Shown here piece after piece: positions 11,413 through 24,022 of a DNA stretch of 64,000 bases; the first letter of the stretch is position 1; each line of letters opens with the position of its first letter. The stretch lies in contig CP089276.1 of NCBI GenBank assembly GCA_023920165.1, positions 2,108,001 to 2,172,000 on the forward strand. The letters are read 5' to 3'. This DNA comes from Curvularia clavata (taxonomy: Eukaryota). A model generated the notes under the pieces. That model saw only the letters and a program-made list of their open reading frames with translations, did no database searches and was not told the DNA's origin. The position numbers were made by a program, and so were the translations under genes.

Positions 11413-13718
11413 ATGACGATTAGAGCTTCCAGATTCACCCCCAAGGTGCTCCTTGAAGCTCCTCGGAGATCTCAGGGCGCCCCGAATTCCGATGCATCAA
11501 AGATCCTGTACTCTGCATCCACCTACTGCTTCTCTGAACATGCGAAAAAGTCCGAGATTCGTCTGTTGGATGCTGAAACCCAACAGACCAGTCTTGTGAC
11601 TGACGACAAGTCTTTCAGCGAGCCAACGTGGCTTGATGATGAGACGATGCTGTTATTGAAGTCAAACGATGACGGAACCACGGACTTGATCATCGGATCG
11701 CCAGAGAACTTTGAGAAGAGGTGTGTATCATGTTCTGCCATGTCCCTGTTAACCATGAAATTATTGACTTATTATTACTAGTCAATACTCTGCTGGTACT
11801 TTGGAGGGACCTGTAAGCGATCCCAAGGTTTATCCACTTGGGAACGGCGCATATGCACTAGCACTCGTTGGTAAAGCAAAACCAGATGGTACTTTGTTCA
11901 ACCCGGAAAAGGTGGAAAAATCGCATACGTCAGGAAAGCTATACAAATCCGGCTTCGTTCGCCACTGGGACCATTACGTGACTGAAAACCGCAACGCGAT
12001 ATGGCTTGGTAAGTTAGCCTCAAAGAAGGCTGCCAGCTCAGACACTCTAGAGTTGGAACACCCAATGAAGAACGCACTAAAGGGAACCTCTCTGGAGAGT
12101 CCAATCGAACCATTTGGAGGCAAAGATCATTTCGACATTTCGAAGCATGGTCTTGTTTTTACCTCGAAAGACCCCGAACTAAACCCAGCCACCCATACGA
12201 AGACAAACATCTATGTTTCAGCAGCCGAGGGCTTCTGGGATGACTTGCATTCCAAAACTCTTCCTAAAATCAAGAAAGCATCGATCGAAGGATTCGAGGG
12301 CGCTAGCACTTCGCCAGTTTGGTCAACCTCTGGTAAAATGATCGCATTTCTGTCCATGAGAACCGACGGATACGAATCAGACAAGAACCAGGCCTTCATC
12401 ATCCATGATTACAATGATCCATCGCGAGCTACTCTTCTTTATGCATCTGAGGATGGCAAAGGCAAGTGGGACCAGAGCCCGCAGTCAATAGCTTGGAGCC
12501 CAGATGACTGGCACCTTTACTTTACAGCGGAGTGGCACGGTCGCGGAAATCTGTACAGCGCTGGGCCGCCCGTGCCAGGAAGCGACAAACAACCTCTTCC
12601 GTCGTTGCTTGTGAAAGGTGGGACCATCAGCGGTGCACAAGTCCTCAAGAACGGCGATGTATTTGTCACATCCACCAGCCTGATTGAGAACTCCTTGTAC
12701 TCGCTGGTACCATTAAGTTCTCGTCCCAACAGTACCGATGTCTACAACCTCCCTATTGATGACCGACCATATGACTCGGAGCCTGGCCATCTCACCACCA
12801 AGTACATTTCTTCCAACACACGCTCAGGTTCTATGTTTGGGCTATCGCGTCATCAGATCGATGAGATCCACTGGGATGGCGCTGCGTCTGGTACCAAGGT
12901 TCACGCCTGGGTCGTGAAGCCCAGCAATTTCTCATCCGGGAAGACGTATCCACTTGCTTACCTCGTTCACGGTGGACCGCAAGGCGCATGGACTGATGGT
13001 TGGAGTACGCGATGGAATCCCGCTGTGTTTGCAGAGCAAGGCTACGTCGTCATCTGTCCAAACCCAACAGGCAGCACAAGCTACGGTCAAGACTTTACCG
13101 ATGCCATCCAAGGCCAATGGGGCGGCCTGCCATACCAAGATCTTGAGTTGGGATTCGAATACATAAAATCCAACCTCAACTACGTCGACACAGACCGTGC
13201 TGTTGCTCTTGGTGCTTCATACGGCGGCTATATGATGAACTGGATACAAGGCCACCCTCTAGGCCGCAAGTTCAAAGCGCTCGTGACTCATGATGGCGTC
13301 TTTAGTATGCACGGTCAGATGTCCTCGGAAGAACTCTACTTCCCCTTCCATGACCTCAAAGGTACTCTCTGGAACAACCCCGAAGGCTGGTCAAAGTGGG
13401 ACCCGAGCAGGTACGTTTACCAAATTCCACTCATATTCAAGACAATGCTAATCGCTATTGTATAGATTTACGGCAAACTGGGCTACTCCACAGCTCGTGA
13501 TTCACAGTGAGTTGGATTACAGACTGACAATCAGTGAGGGACTCGCTGCCTTCAATGTGTTACAGAGCAAGGGGGTAGAGAGCCAATTCTTGACCTTCCC
13601 GGATGAGAACCACTGGGTACTTAAGCCAGAGAACAGCATGATGTGGCACGAGGTTGTACTCGATTGGATCAACGAGCATGTTGGACTGAAGAAGTACACG
13701 GACACTAAGGAGGTGTAA
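11413..13718 (+). CDS. Dipeptidyl-peptidase V-like S9 peptidase, no signal peptide; introns 11721-11781 and 13411-13465
   Basis: FTP..LLEAPRRS N-terminus, VRHWD, HGGPQGAW, nucleophile GASYGG, HSELDYR, FPDENHW. Confidence 0.9.
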
Positions 13719-13883
13719 AGGAAGAGTAAAAATGGTTTCGCATATGATTGGAGTACCATAGTATAGCAAAATATGCAGTTCCAACTGTTGGCACTAAATC
13801 TGCATATTAGTTTTAGGTAACAAGCTCAATGAAAGTATTGGATGGGCGGATCTGCGCGCGTTGGATACGGTCTTAGCGCGACT

Positions 13884-13899
13884 TTGTTATCGATAACAA
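13884..13899. promoter_or_regulatory. Perfect 16-bp palindrome TTGTTATCGATAACAA upstream of KRE33
   Basis: Sequence equals its reverse complement and lies 210 bp before the ATG. A regulatory role is inferred. Confidence 0.5.
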
Positions 13900-14109
13900 T
13901 TATTTTCTCGGAACCCTGAAGCTTCCTCTGCGGCCAGAACTTTTACACCCACGCGCCGTCAATCCCACCACACCACGAGCAGCAGGTGGCACTGCCTTGT
14001 CGACCACCCCAGAGCACCTCGCGACTCGTTTTTTGCTGCTCAATCGTTTGCGCCTCCCTAGCACAGCCGACTACGAAGAGGAGGCGCCGCCGCCTGCGCA
14101 GCTCTCAAG

Positions 14110-17100
14110 ATGCCGAAGAAGGCCATCGACTCTCGCATACCAGCGCTAATCCGCAATGGCGCACAGGAAAAGAAGCGTAGCTTCTTTGTCGTTGTTGGTG
14201 ATCGCCAGAAGGACGTCATTGTCAACCTCTACCACATTCTGCTCAACGTCGACGTTAAGTTGAACAAGTCGGTGCTGTGGGCATACAAGAACAAGCTGCT
14301 GGGATTCTCCAGCCACCGTAAGAAGCGCGAAAAGAAGATCAAGAACGAGATCAAGCGAGGAATTCGCGATGTCGATACTGAGGATCCGTTCGAGCTATTC
14401 ATCTCGACGCAGAACATTCGATATGTCTACTACAAAGAGACGGAAAAGATTCTGGGTAACACATATGGCATGTGTATTCTGCAGGACTTTGAAGCGCTTA
14501 CACCTAATCTCCTTGCACGGACGATCGAGACAGTAGAGGGCGGAGGATTGGTTATACTCTTGCTGAAGGGCATGAGCAGCTTGAAGCAGTTGTACACCAT
14601 GTCCATGGATATTCACTCGAGATACCGAACAGAGGCGCACAGCGACGTCGTTGCGCGCTTCAACGAACGCTTCCTACTGTCGCTCGGAAAATGCGACAGC
14701 TGTTTGGTTGTTGACGACGAGCTTAACGTGCTCCCCATCTCAGGTGGAAAGCATGTCAAGCAACTACCGCCACCAGATCCGGAGTTGGAGGGCAAGACAC
14801 CAAAGGCAAAGGAACTGGCAGAGATCAAGGAATCGCTTGCGGACTCGCCTCCTACTGGAGACTTAGTCAAGCTTGCGAAGACTGTGGATCAGGCAAAAGC
14901 CCTACTCACGTTTGTCGAAGCCATCGTGGAGAAGACCCTGCGAAGTACCGTTACTTTGACGGCGGCCCGTGGTCGTGGTAAATCGGCGGCTCTAGGTGTA
15001 GCGGTGGCGGCAGCAGTTGCGCACGGTTACAGCAACATCTACATCACATCGCCAAGTCCAGAGAATTTGAAGACACTTTTCGAATTCATTCTCAAGGGCT
15101 TCGATTCACTCAACTACGTTGATCACCAGGACTACACTATCATGCAGTCCACCCAACCCGACCAGAACAAGGCCATTGTCAGGATCGAGTTGCATCGTCA
15201 GCACCGACAAGTAATTCAGTACATCAAGCCCGAAGATTCGCACGTTCTGGGACAAGCAGAGCTGTTAGTCATTGATGAAGCTGCGGCTATTCCCTTGCCA
15301 TTGGTCCGGAAACTTATGGGTCCTTACCTCGTCTTCATGGCCTCGACAATCAACGGTTACGAGGGTACTGGCCGATCACTATCGCTTAAGCTCATCCAGC
15401 AACTTCGCGAGCAATCACGAGGCAAGGGTACCAACGGTTCGACCCATGTTGTAGATCGCTCAACAGGAAAGGAAACAAAGGACGCTTCAGAGACCACGAT
15501 GACAGGTCGCTCGTTGAGAGAAATTACCCTTTCAGAACCCATTCGATATGCTCCAGGTGACTCTGTCGAGCGCTGGATGAACGACCTCCTTTGCCTTGAC
15601 GCAACACTGCCGCGAAAGATTGCCACACAGGGATGCCCACATCCCGATAAGTGTCAGCTTCTTCACGTAAACCGTGATACCCTGTTTTCTTACAACCCGG
15701 CCGCGGAGAAGTTTTTGCAGAAGATGATGGCTCTCTATGTTGCTAGTCATTACAAGAATACGCCCAACGACTTGCAGCTCATGTCTGACGCACCAGCACA
15801 CCACCTGTTCGTCCTCACTGGACCAACAGAGGAGAACAAGCTTCCTGAACCTCTCTGTGTTATTCAAGTAGCATTGGAAGGTCAGATTAGCAGGGAAAGT
15901 GTACTGAACAGTCTGAGCCGAGGACAGCGTGCAGGTGGCGACTTGATCCCATGGATTGTGTCTCAGCAATTCCAGGACGAGAACTTTGCAAGCTTGTCCG
16001 GTGCCCGTGTGGTGCGGATAGCAACGAATCCGGAGTACGTCAACATGGGATATGGATCCAAGGCCCTGCAGCTCCTGATTGATTTCTACGATGGCAAGCT
16101 CGCCAGCTTGTCTGAGACGGAGCCTCAAGAAGTGGAGCAGATGCGAAGAGTGACCGAGGAAGACTTGGAGGATGCATCACTTCTGAAGGACAACGTCAAG
16201 ATTAGGGAAGCAAGCGAGATGCCACCGCTGTTCGCTCGGTTACAAGAGCTGAAGTCACCCAAGCTCGACTACGTTGGTGTATCATATGGTCTCACGTCGC
16301 AGCTACACAAGTTTTGGAAACGCGCATCGTTTGTACCAGTATACCTTCGGCAGACGGCCAATGACTTGACGGGAGAACACACATGTATCATGCTGCGCTC
16401 ACTCGAAACAACCTCCTCAGATGGCAGCTGGGTGGCGGCATTCGCCAAGGACTTCCAAAAGCGCTTCCTCACCCTCCTCTCCTATCAGTTCCGCACCTTC
16501 CCAGCCGTTACTTCTCTCTCGATAGAAGAGTCAGCTTCAGCCGGATCCAAACTCGATGCTGACCTCGCCGCAAAGCCCATCACCAAAGCTGAGCTGGACG
16601 CTCTCTTCACACCCTTCGACCTCAAGCGTCTGGAATCCTATGCAAACAATATGCTGGACTACCACGTCATTCTCGATATGATCCCATCTATTGCATTCCT
16701 CTACTTCACAGGTCGCCTCAAAGGCACAGTCAAGCTCAGTGGAATACAGACTGCGGTCCTCCTCGGCATTGGTCTCCAGCGCAAAGAGTTTTCAGACTTG
16801 GAAAGGGAACTAAAAGGCGTCAACACGAGCCAGCTCATGGCCGACTTTATCAAGATTGTGCGCAAGGTAGCTACGGCATTCCGCAACGTCATCGAAGGTG
16901 CTGTTGAAGAAACTATGCCAGTGGCCATGGATGTCGACGACAAGGGCATTGATGGTGAGGCCGCAGATGAGAACGCGCGACGCTTCCAGCCGCTTGAGAA
17001 GAGCTTGGAAGAAGAGTTGAAGGAGGGAGGTGATGAGTTTTTGGCTGAGGATCGGGAGAGACAGAGGAGCATGATTGATGCTTTGCCTTTGCACAAGTAC

Positions 17101-17389
17101 GTTTGATTTCTTATTCCCGTCAACACCTATTTTTTCTCTGGCTAACTCTCATGACCTCTACAGATACGAGATCAATGCTGGAGCTACGGACTGGGAAGAT
17201 GCCGAACGTGCCATTAGCAACGCGACCAAGAAGGGAGGCGCCGCGGGTAGCATGACGGTGTCTGTCAAGACTGGAGAGAAGAAGCGCAAGGTGGGAGAGG
17301 CAGTGGAAGAAGCGTACAAGGAGGCCGAAAAGTTCAAAGAGGGTGCGGCCAAGAAGAGCAAGAAGCATAAATCGGGCAAGAAGGCTTAG
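14110..17389 (+). CDS. KRE33: RNA cytidine acetyltransferase NAT10/Kre33; intron 17097-17163
   Basis: MPKKAIDSRIPALI start, P-loop ARGRGKSAALG, VIDEAAAIP, GYEGTGR, HYKNTPNDLQ, RIATNP..GYGS; last exon encodes a Lys-rich tail. Confidence 0.97.
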
Positions 17390-17928
17390 GAGCATAGATG
17401 CCGGAAGCTTGTTTGTCTGCTCATATGCATGGTACAAAGGTGTTTTGAGGCGTTTGATATCCCGCACCAAAAATTTCAGTTTGGATATACATCTTTTATC
17501 TATTGTAAAGTACAGGTAAAGAAATCGAATGTTTTCTTCCTCTACACCCAGAAGCTACTTGTATAATCTAGCACCAGAACCACAGTCAAGGATACAAAAT
17601 TATATTAAATATGATTTGATAAATTTTGCAAAGGGCTTACATAGCTACGGACATAGGGCGACGATAACCAAAACAGGAAGAAGACAAAAAAAGCAGAAGG
17701 AAAGAGGCCCAGGTTCAGGGTAGAGATGTAGAGAGAAGAGGGGGATATCATACGCTCTTTCAAATAAAAAGGGACGCAAAAAACAACGGCTTTCAACGGT
17801 CTCCTTCTACAACGTGCGTCAGTAAACGTGACGAAATCTTGTTCTTCTTCATCTTTTGTTACACGCACTGCGCCATGTCTTGTCGAATCGTCATGTAAAT
17901 GTGCATTTTCGCATCAGTAAAAGCGTGC

Positions 17929-20313
17929 TTAGAAAGCATCTTCGTTAGGGCAGGCCGTAACATCGTGACCTTCGCTCTCACACAGGGCACACCATTTATC
18001 AGGGTCGGCAATGGCAGCGCCCTTGGGTGGCACTAGGTCAGAATTAGACGTGGTAAGGGAAGGATTAGGAAGGGGGGCAGTAGGGGCGTTGCCCGGAGCC
18101 TTGGACGAATTAAGGATCGAAGGGCGACGATCGGAGATGGAGAGACCGCGTAGACCCTCAATGACCACGTCTTGATTCTTGTGGGCCGTGTCGTTTGTGC
18201 GTAGGTGCGCAGTGTCACCGCCCATGGCCGAGCAATTGAGAATGTCGTGTCCTCCAGTCTCACAAATCTCGCACCATAAGTGGCTGCTATTGGCAGATGA
18301 GCGGCCATCAGACTCTGGCATGATGGCAAGAGCGGGAGGAGTGTTGCGTCGAGAAAGCTGTGCCGAATCCTTCCAGTTCATGACTGTGTCTTTGGAATCG
18401 CGCTCTGACGGCTTGTCTTGCACGGCTGTGACTTCCGACATGCCGTTGCTAATCATGCTGTCGCGTTGCTCCGCGAGACCAAGTTGGCTCTTGAGCTTTT
18501 CAACCTCGCGCTCTAGCTCTTCTTCTCTGTAGGCCTTGCGTTCCACAAGAGTACGTAGCTCTTCTTTTTCGCGCTCGAGACGCTCTACGTCTGACTTTGC
18601 TTTTTGAAGCTCTTCGGCATCTACAGAGGGCCCTTGTGTTGTCAGAGGTGAACGGACGCGGTCGTCTCCACCCGAACTCAAGGAATGGATGATGGCTTTG
18701 AGTCCTCGGATTTCATCGTCACGTTGCTCTACCTCCCTTTGCGTTGGACTATGAGGCGCATCGACCATGGTACCCGCGCCCTTGAGAGCAGCAGCAGCCT
18801 TTTCGCGCTCGCGGCGAAGCTCTGATCGGCCACGCTCTACTTCGCCTCTGAGGAACTCGACTTCGCCTCGGGCCTCTGCTTCACCTCGGCGTGCGTCTTC
18901 CAGGCCTTCTTCAAGCTCTTGCACCAGTTCCTCCAGTTGCTTCAGCTGCATAGCAACAGCCTCGACATCTTCGCTACGAGATTGGTATTCCCGCAACTCC
19001 TCTGTCAACTCCTCGACCTTCTTTTCGTATACACGCTCGGTTTCGGTACTTGCTAGTTCAAGGGTGTCAATAGTGCTCCGGAAATCGGAGCGATGTGCGT
19101 CAAACTCAGACGTGAGCATAGCGATCTTATCATTCTTCTCGCGCAAAAGTGCTCGTAGTTGGGCTACGTCACTGGGCTCATTACTGCTGATGTCCATCCC
19201 ATCTTCCGGGATCAGGCTCTGGATCTCAGCAAGACTAGCTTCCATCTCACTCAGCGATGTAGCCTGCTCTTTTAGTTGCCTTTCTCGTTCCTCCAAGAGC
19301 GCCTGTAGCCGCTGCACCTCTTCACTTGGAGACGAGCCCAGTCGCGAGCCCGGCCGGCGATGCTTGTAATTAGATATGGAATCATTACTAGTGCGCGCTG
19401 CGCCGATGGGAGTTGTTTCGGTGTCTTCTTCAATAATATCCTGATGGTCAAGACGAGAGCTGCTTCGTGAGTAGGATCGTTGAGGGCCTGGTGTTCGTGG
19501 CTTCTGCAGGGGAGGAGCCCTTGGGGCCGGACTGGCAAAGCGAGGAGGGGCAGGGCTTGCGAAGCGCGGTGGTGCGCCGATTGCGCTCTTGGAGAAGCCA
19601 GATGGTGTGCGTGAGCCGTTTCGCTGGGGCGACGCACTCAAGCCTTGCTTCTGTCGATATGGCGATTCTGGTCGTGCGAAAGAGCGGCCCAAGCTGGACT
19701 TGCCCTGCGGGCTGGTTGCGCGGACACCGGGCCCAATAGACTGGGAGAATTTGGACTTTGGTGCATCGTGGCTGAAGTTGGGTTTTTCCGTCGTGGATAG
19801 ACTGAAGTTGGGGTAGGAGGGCGTCACGGGCTCGGGCGCAAAGTCGGAGGAGCCTCCTGACACCCGTTTTTGGGCGCGATGGACGGGGAGGAAGATGCCG
19901 GAGCCGGGGACAGAGGTGTCGAAGTACTGCGTGCTGTGTCGCCATCAGTGAATGTGCACATATGTGCATGTGTGTTGGTCTGCATACCCGTCGACTGCAC
20001 CGTTGTTCTTGCCCCGCGCAGCATACTCTCTGTTGAGTTCGACGCCGGCGAAGACTCCTTGTTTACCGCGAATGCTGCCCACGAACTTGACGACACCGAC
20101 CATGCCGCCGGGGACGTCGACGGTGTCGCCTACATCGATATCCTGACCGTCTGCGCCCATTCTGTGCGATGACGGGGGGCCGGCTCCTACGAGTGCTGAG
20201 AGGGAGGCTTGTCGTGCCATATTTCTGCTTGCGGCGTTGAGGTTGGGCGACGAGGCCGTGGGATGTAAAGCAGGGCGCGCCCCAAGGCGCCTGGGAGTCT
20301 GGGGGTAGGCCAT
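17929..20313 (-). CDS. CAP-Gly microtubule plus-end protein (CLIP-170/Bik1/Tip1 homolog); intron 19934-19987
   Basis: CAP-Gly GVVKFVG..G.FAGVEL...GKNNGAVDG|TQYF..GIFLP across the intron, long coiled coil, two C-x2-C-x4-H-x4-C knuckles, C-terminal EDAF. Confidence 0.88.
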
Positions 20314-21482
20314 GCCGGGGCGAGGTGGTAGCAGGGTAGACCTGTTCGGAGGAGCAGACGTCAGGTTGGGCTAAGGACGGTGTTTGTTTTGATAAGAGGG
20401 GAGTGCAGGGGTCGGTGCAGCCAAGTCACGGGCAACAGTATAGGGAGATTATTTACCCGACGGCGGCCCAATGAAGGGTGGCGACCACCACATATAGGGG
20501 ACATGCGTCTCCTGTACTTTATGCGACATATCTCCTCGAGTGTGCCTGTAATGTCCCTCGTATGTTAATGCATGTCTTGTTCGGGTTGCACCACATCACA
20601 CAAACATCTTGTTACGCCCCATTGTTTTATTGACGCCATCCAGCTCTGGGACTGACAGGGAACCAATAAATCGAGCGCCACCAGGAACCGTTTATTTTTT
20701 TGGCTTGATAGATCAGCTCTTCCGCGTTCTACGAGACTGAGCAGAGACAGACAATCGACAGTTGACAACTGTGACTGACCTGCCAGGGGTTTGGCAGGAT
20801 GGCTTGCCATTAACGCCATGCCACCTCTAGGGGGCGGACCGGCCATGCCTTTATCAACCTAGATGGGTTCCTTCATGACCTTGGCCGCCTATAAGCAACA
20901 AGGCCAAATGTGAATTATGGACCAGACTTTGAAGGAACAGCCGTGCCCTTGCCCTTAGACCCGCCCGCTGGTCCCTGCGTCCCGAGTATGCGCGAACGCG
21001 TGGGCACGTGAGATAAAACGGTGCAGACGAACACCAGAGTCACAGCCGTGAGCCTGCGAAGATGTAGACTGGCTTGTGTAAAGATATTTGATCGTCTTGT
21101 CGAAGAGGACAGCGTGCACGTGCTCCGCGTGATTGTGGGAGGCAATATTGCAAGCATCCATGTTTCAGGTCTGTCTAAGGGACACGCAACTACATGCGGT
21201 CCGAAGGAAGCCTGTACATGTGGAACGATATTCCTACTAAGCATCTTTGGACCAGATTCCAAAGAAAGCCGTGCCCACTTGCGTCGACTCACCCCTAGCA
21301 AGAAATTTGGTTTGGACGCCAGTATTCATCCCGATTCCGCTCAATGCGGAGTTCCCGACTCGCCGAGACATATCCCCCCATGTTCAACAAGTTGCCGAGG
21401 CCCAGTGGCTCGGTGATACTCAACCGCGCCAGCTACATCACTGTGCGCCCGCGGCAATGTGCTCTCTCCAAACCCACTCACC

Positions 21483-22779
21483 ATGGCTGGCAAGGTTCGA
21501 CAGCCCATTGACATAGCGTCTCTGGAGCGCTATATTTCTGATAATGTACCTGAAATCGAGGTTCCTCTGGATGTGAAGCAGGTACGTGCCTCGGAGCGAT
21601 CGCGTGTGCTCTGTAAAGAAGCTCAACATGAGGAACATGTTTTGCTGATACACAAACTAGTTTGGATATGGGCAGTCCAATCCAACATACCAGTTGACGG
21701 ACAAAACTGGGAAGAAATATGTTCTGAGGAAGAAGCCTCCGGGCCAGCTGCTCTCAAAGGTGCGCTTCTCTACACCAATCCATACGGAGAGAGCCTGACT
21801 TTCTTGTAGACGGCGCATAAGGTCGATCGCGAATACCGTATCATCCATGCGTTAGAAAAGACAGACGTCCCCGTTCCACGAGCGCTTTGTCTTTGTCAAG
21901 ATGAAAAGGTCATTGGCACTGACTTCTACATCATGGAATTCCTAGACGGCCGCATTTTCGAGGATCCCGTCCTTCCTGATGTTTCTCCCGAGGATAGGAC
22001 AAAAATGTATGATCAAGTACCTTCCGACTCATCTTCAACTCCTTACTCACAAAGTTGACTGTAGGTGGCATTCTGCCATTACCACTCTGGCCAAGTTCCA
22101 CCGCGTTGACCCTGCTTCCGTGAACCTCGCCTCCTACGGCAAGTCCTCTGGCTTCTACAACCGCCAAATCGCCACCTTCAACACGATATCGCAGTCGCAA
22201 GCGTCCGCCAAAGACAAGGAGACTGGCGAGCCCGTCGGCAAAATCCCGCATCAGGACGACATGGTTGCTTTCTTCAAAGACGCAAGGACACAGCCCAAGG
22301 ACCGTGCCACTTTTGTCCACGGTGACTACAAGATAGACAATGTTGTTTTCCACAAGACAGAGCCCCGTGTCATTGGCATCCTCGACTGGGAAATGAGCAC
22401 CATTGGTCATCCGCTTTCGGATCTGAACAATGTCTTGTCTCCCTACATCACGGCTTCGAGTCAGAAGGCTGCCACTATTGGACGCGCACATAAGGGCTTT
22501 CAACCAGGCGCTACACCTGGCCTGCCTACCTGCGAGCAGCTGATTGCCTGGTACTCTGAAGTCGCAGGCTGGGATCCTCGACCAGACTTTACTTGGGGGA
22601 ATGCTTTCAGCACCTATAGGCTTGCTATCATCATGCAAGGCATTGCTGCCAGGTACGCTCTTCGGCAGGCAAGTAGCGCCCAGGCGCACGAGTACGGTCA
22701 AATGATGAAACCATATGCTGAGATTGCATGGGAACTGGTGGAGGAATTCAAGAGGGACCATCAGAAAGCAAAGTTATAG
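21483..22779 (+). CDS. APH/phosphotransferase family protein (ACAD10/11 N-domain-like) with PTS1; introns 21582-21660, 21760-21809, 22007-22064
   Basis: Spliced [55 protein letters not shown]; ends AKL. Confidence 0.9.
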
Positions 22780-23259
22780 TCGTTGTCTTAGTCACTGGAT
22801 TCAATTGTCATAAAATGCAATAAGAAGTGCAATGCGCACATGCCTTTCTTCAATGTTCCAAGTGCAAACTGTTGCATTCTCCGATTCTGATAGTAACAGC
22901 TGGCAGCTATGGCACTTGAGTCTTTTTTTCTTTCTCTATTGACCATTTTACCCAATCGCGGCCCAATGGTTTATTAGTGATTCCTCACGTGGTATCATGT
23001 GGGTACTATGCCGTCGCGTAAATACCAAGTCTGCCAATACATGCGCCGTGCAAGAAAAGTGTCCCTCCGTACGTAGAAAGTGCTCGAGACAAGCAGGCGG
23101 TAGAAAGGAGAGAGCCTATTAAGGCATGCCTAATGGTCTTCGCGCCTAAAACGCCAAATGCGCCGTGAAATGTCCCATGATCTGACCAATTGCTTCGCTT
23201 TTGCGCTTGTCCGATACACCGCCGATTCCGTAATGCTTATTGCGGTCGCGTCAACGGTC

Positions 23260-23722
23260 TTATCGTCCAATCTTGGGAACATCCTGGTTGATACGGTCGA
23301 GCGCCTGTAGCGTTGGTTAGTATGTTGAATAAATACTGTAGAATATAAAGACATACCTCAAGCATAACGACGGCGTTGCCTCGGATGACAACCATGCCGA
23401 TGCGCACTTTCTCACCGCCCGCCTTCTCCTCCAGCGCATCGTCGAGTACAATGTTCAAGTAAACCTGCGCAGAGTGAGCTTGATTGTAACACAACAAGAG
23501 TTGGGGTTGTACTTACATCGTATCCACGGAGGATACCCATGACTTTGCGGCTACCATTCAGCTGCACGAGAACGCGCTTCTCCAGGTACTATGTACATGT
23601 TAGAAACAGGGAATTTGGGAGGATATTCAGAATAGAGGGAACTGGAGGCGGCTTTCAAGACAAAAGCAACTGTGATCCCGTTTAGAGCTTACCTTCTTCA
23701 ACTCGGGCTGGGCTTGCGGCAT
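23260..23722 (-). CDS. SMX2: Small nuclear ribonucleoprotein Sm G; introns 23589-23692, 23465-23516, 23305-23356
   Basis: Spliced MPQAQPELKK|YLEKRVLVQLNGSRKVMGILRGYD|VYLNIVLDDA...GMVVIRGNAVVMLE|ALDRINQDVPKIGR*, containing the Sm1 and Sm2 motifs. Confidence 0.95.
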
Positions 23723-24022
23723 ATTGGACGATGAAGCGAAGGTGTGCCTGTGTGTTTTGTAGTTTTCGTGCAAGCGGCGATTGGGTGCGTCAAGGGGCTA
23801 CGTCGTGTGGGTCGTGTCGTGTGTGAGCTTGAGTCGCGCGTGGTGTTCAACGATCAAGAGTAGTGCAGCGCATAGTGGGATAGCTCTAGGGCTTTTTGCG
23901 GAGGGCCCGTGCACAGGCGGCAGCAGCGACATGTGAGCGCGGTCATCGGCCTTCTTCTACGATACCCAACAGATTTGAAGTAGTTGTGAGAGCACTAAGA
24001 AAAAACAACCCAGATATCGAAA

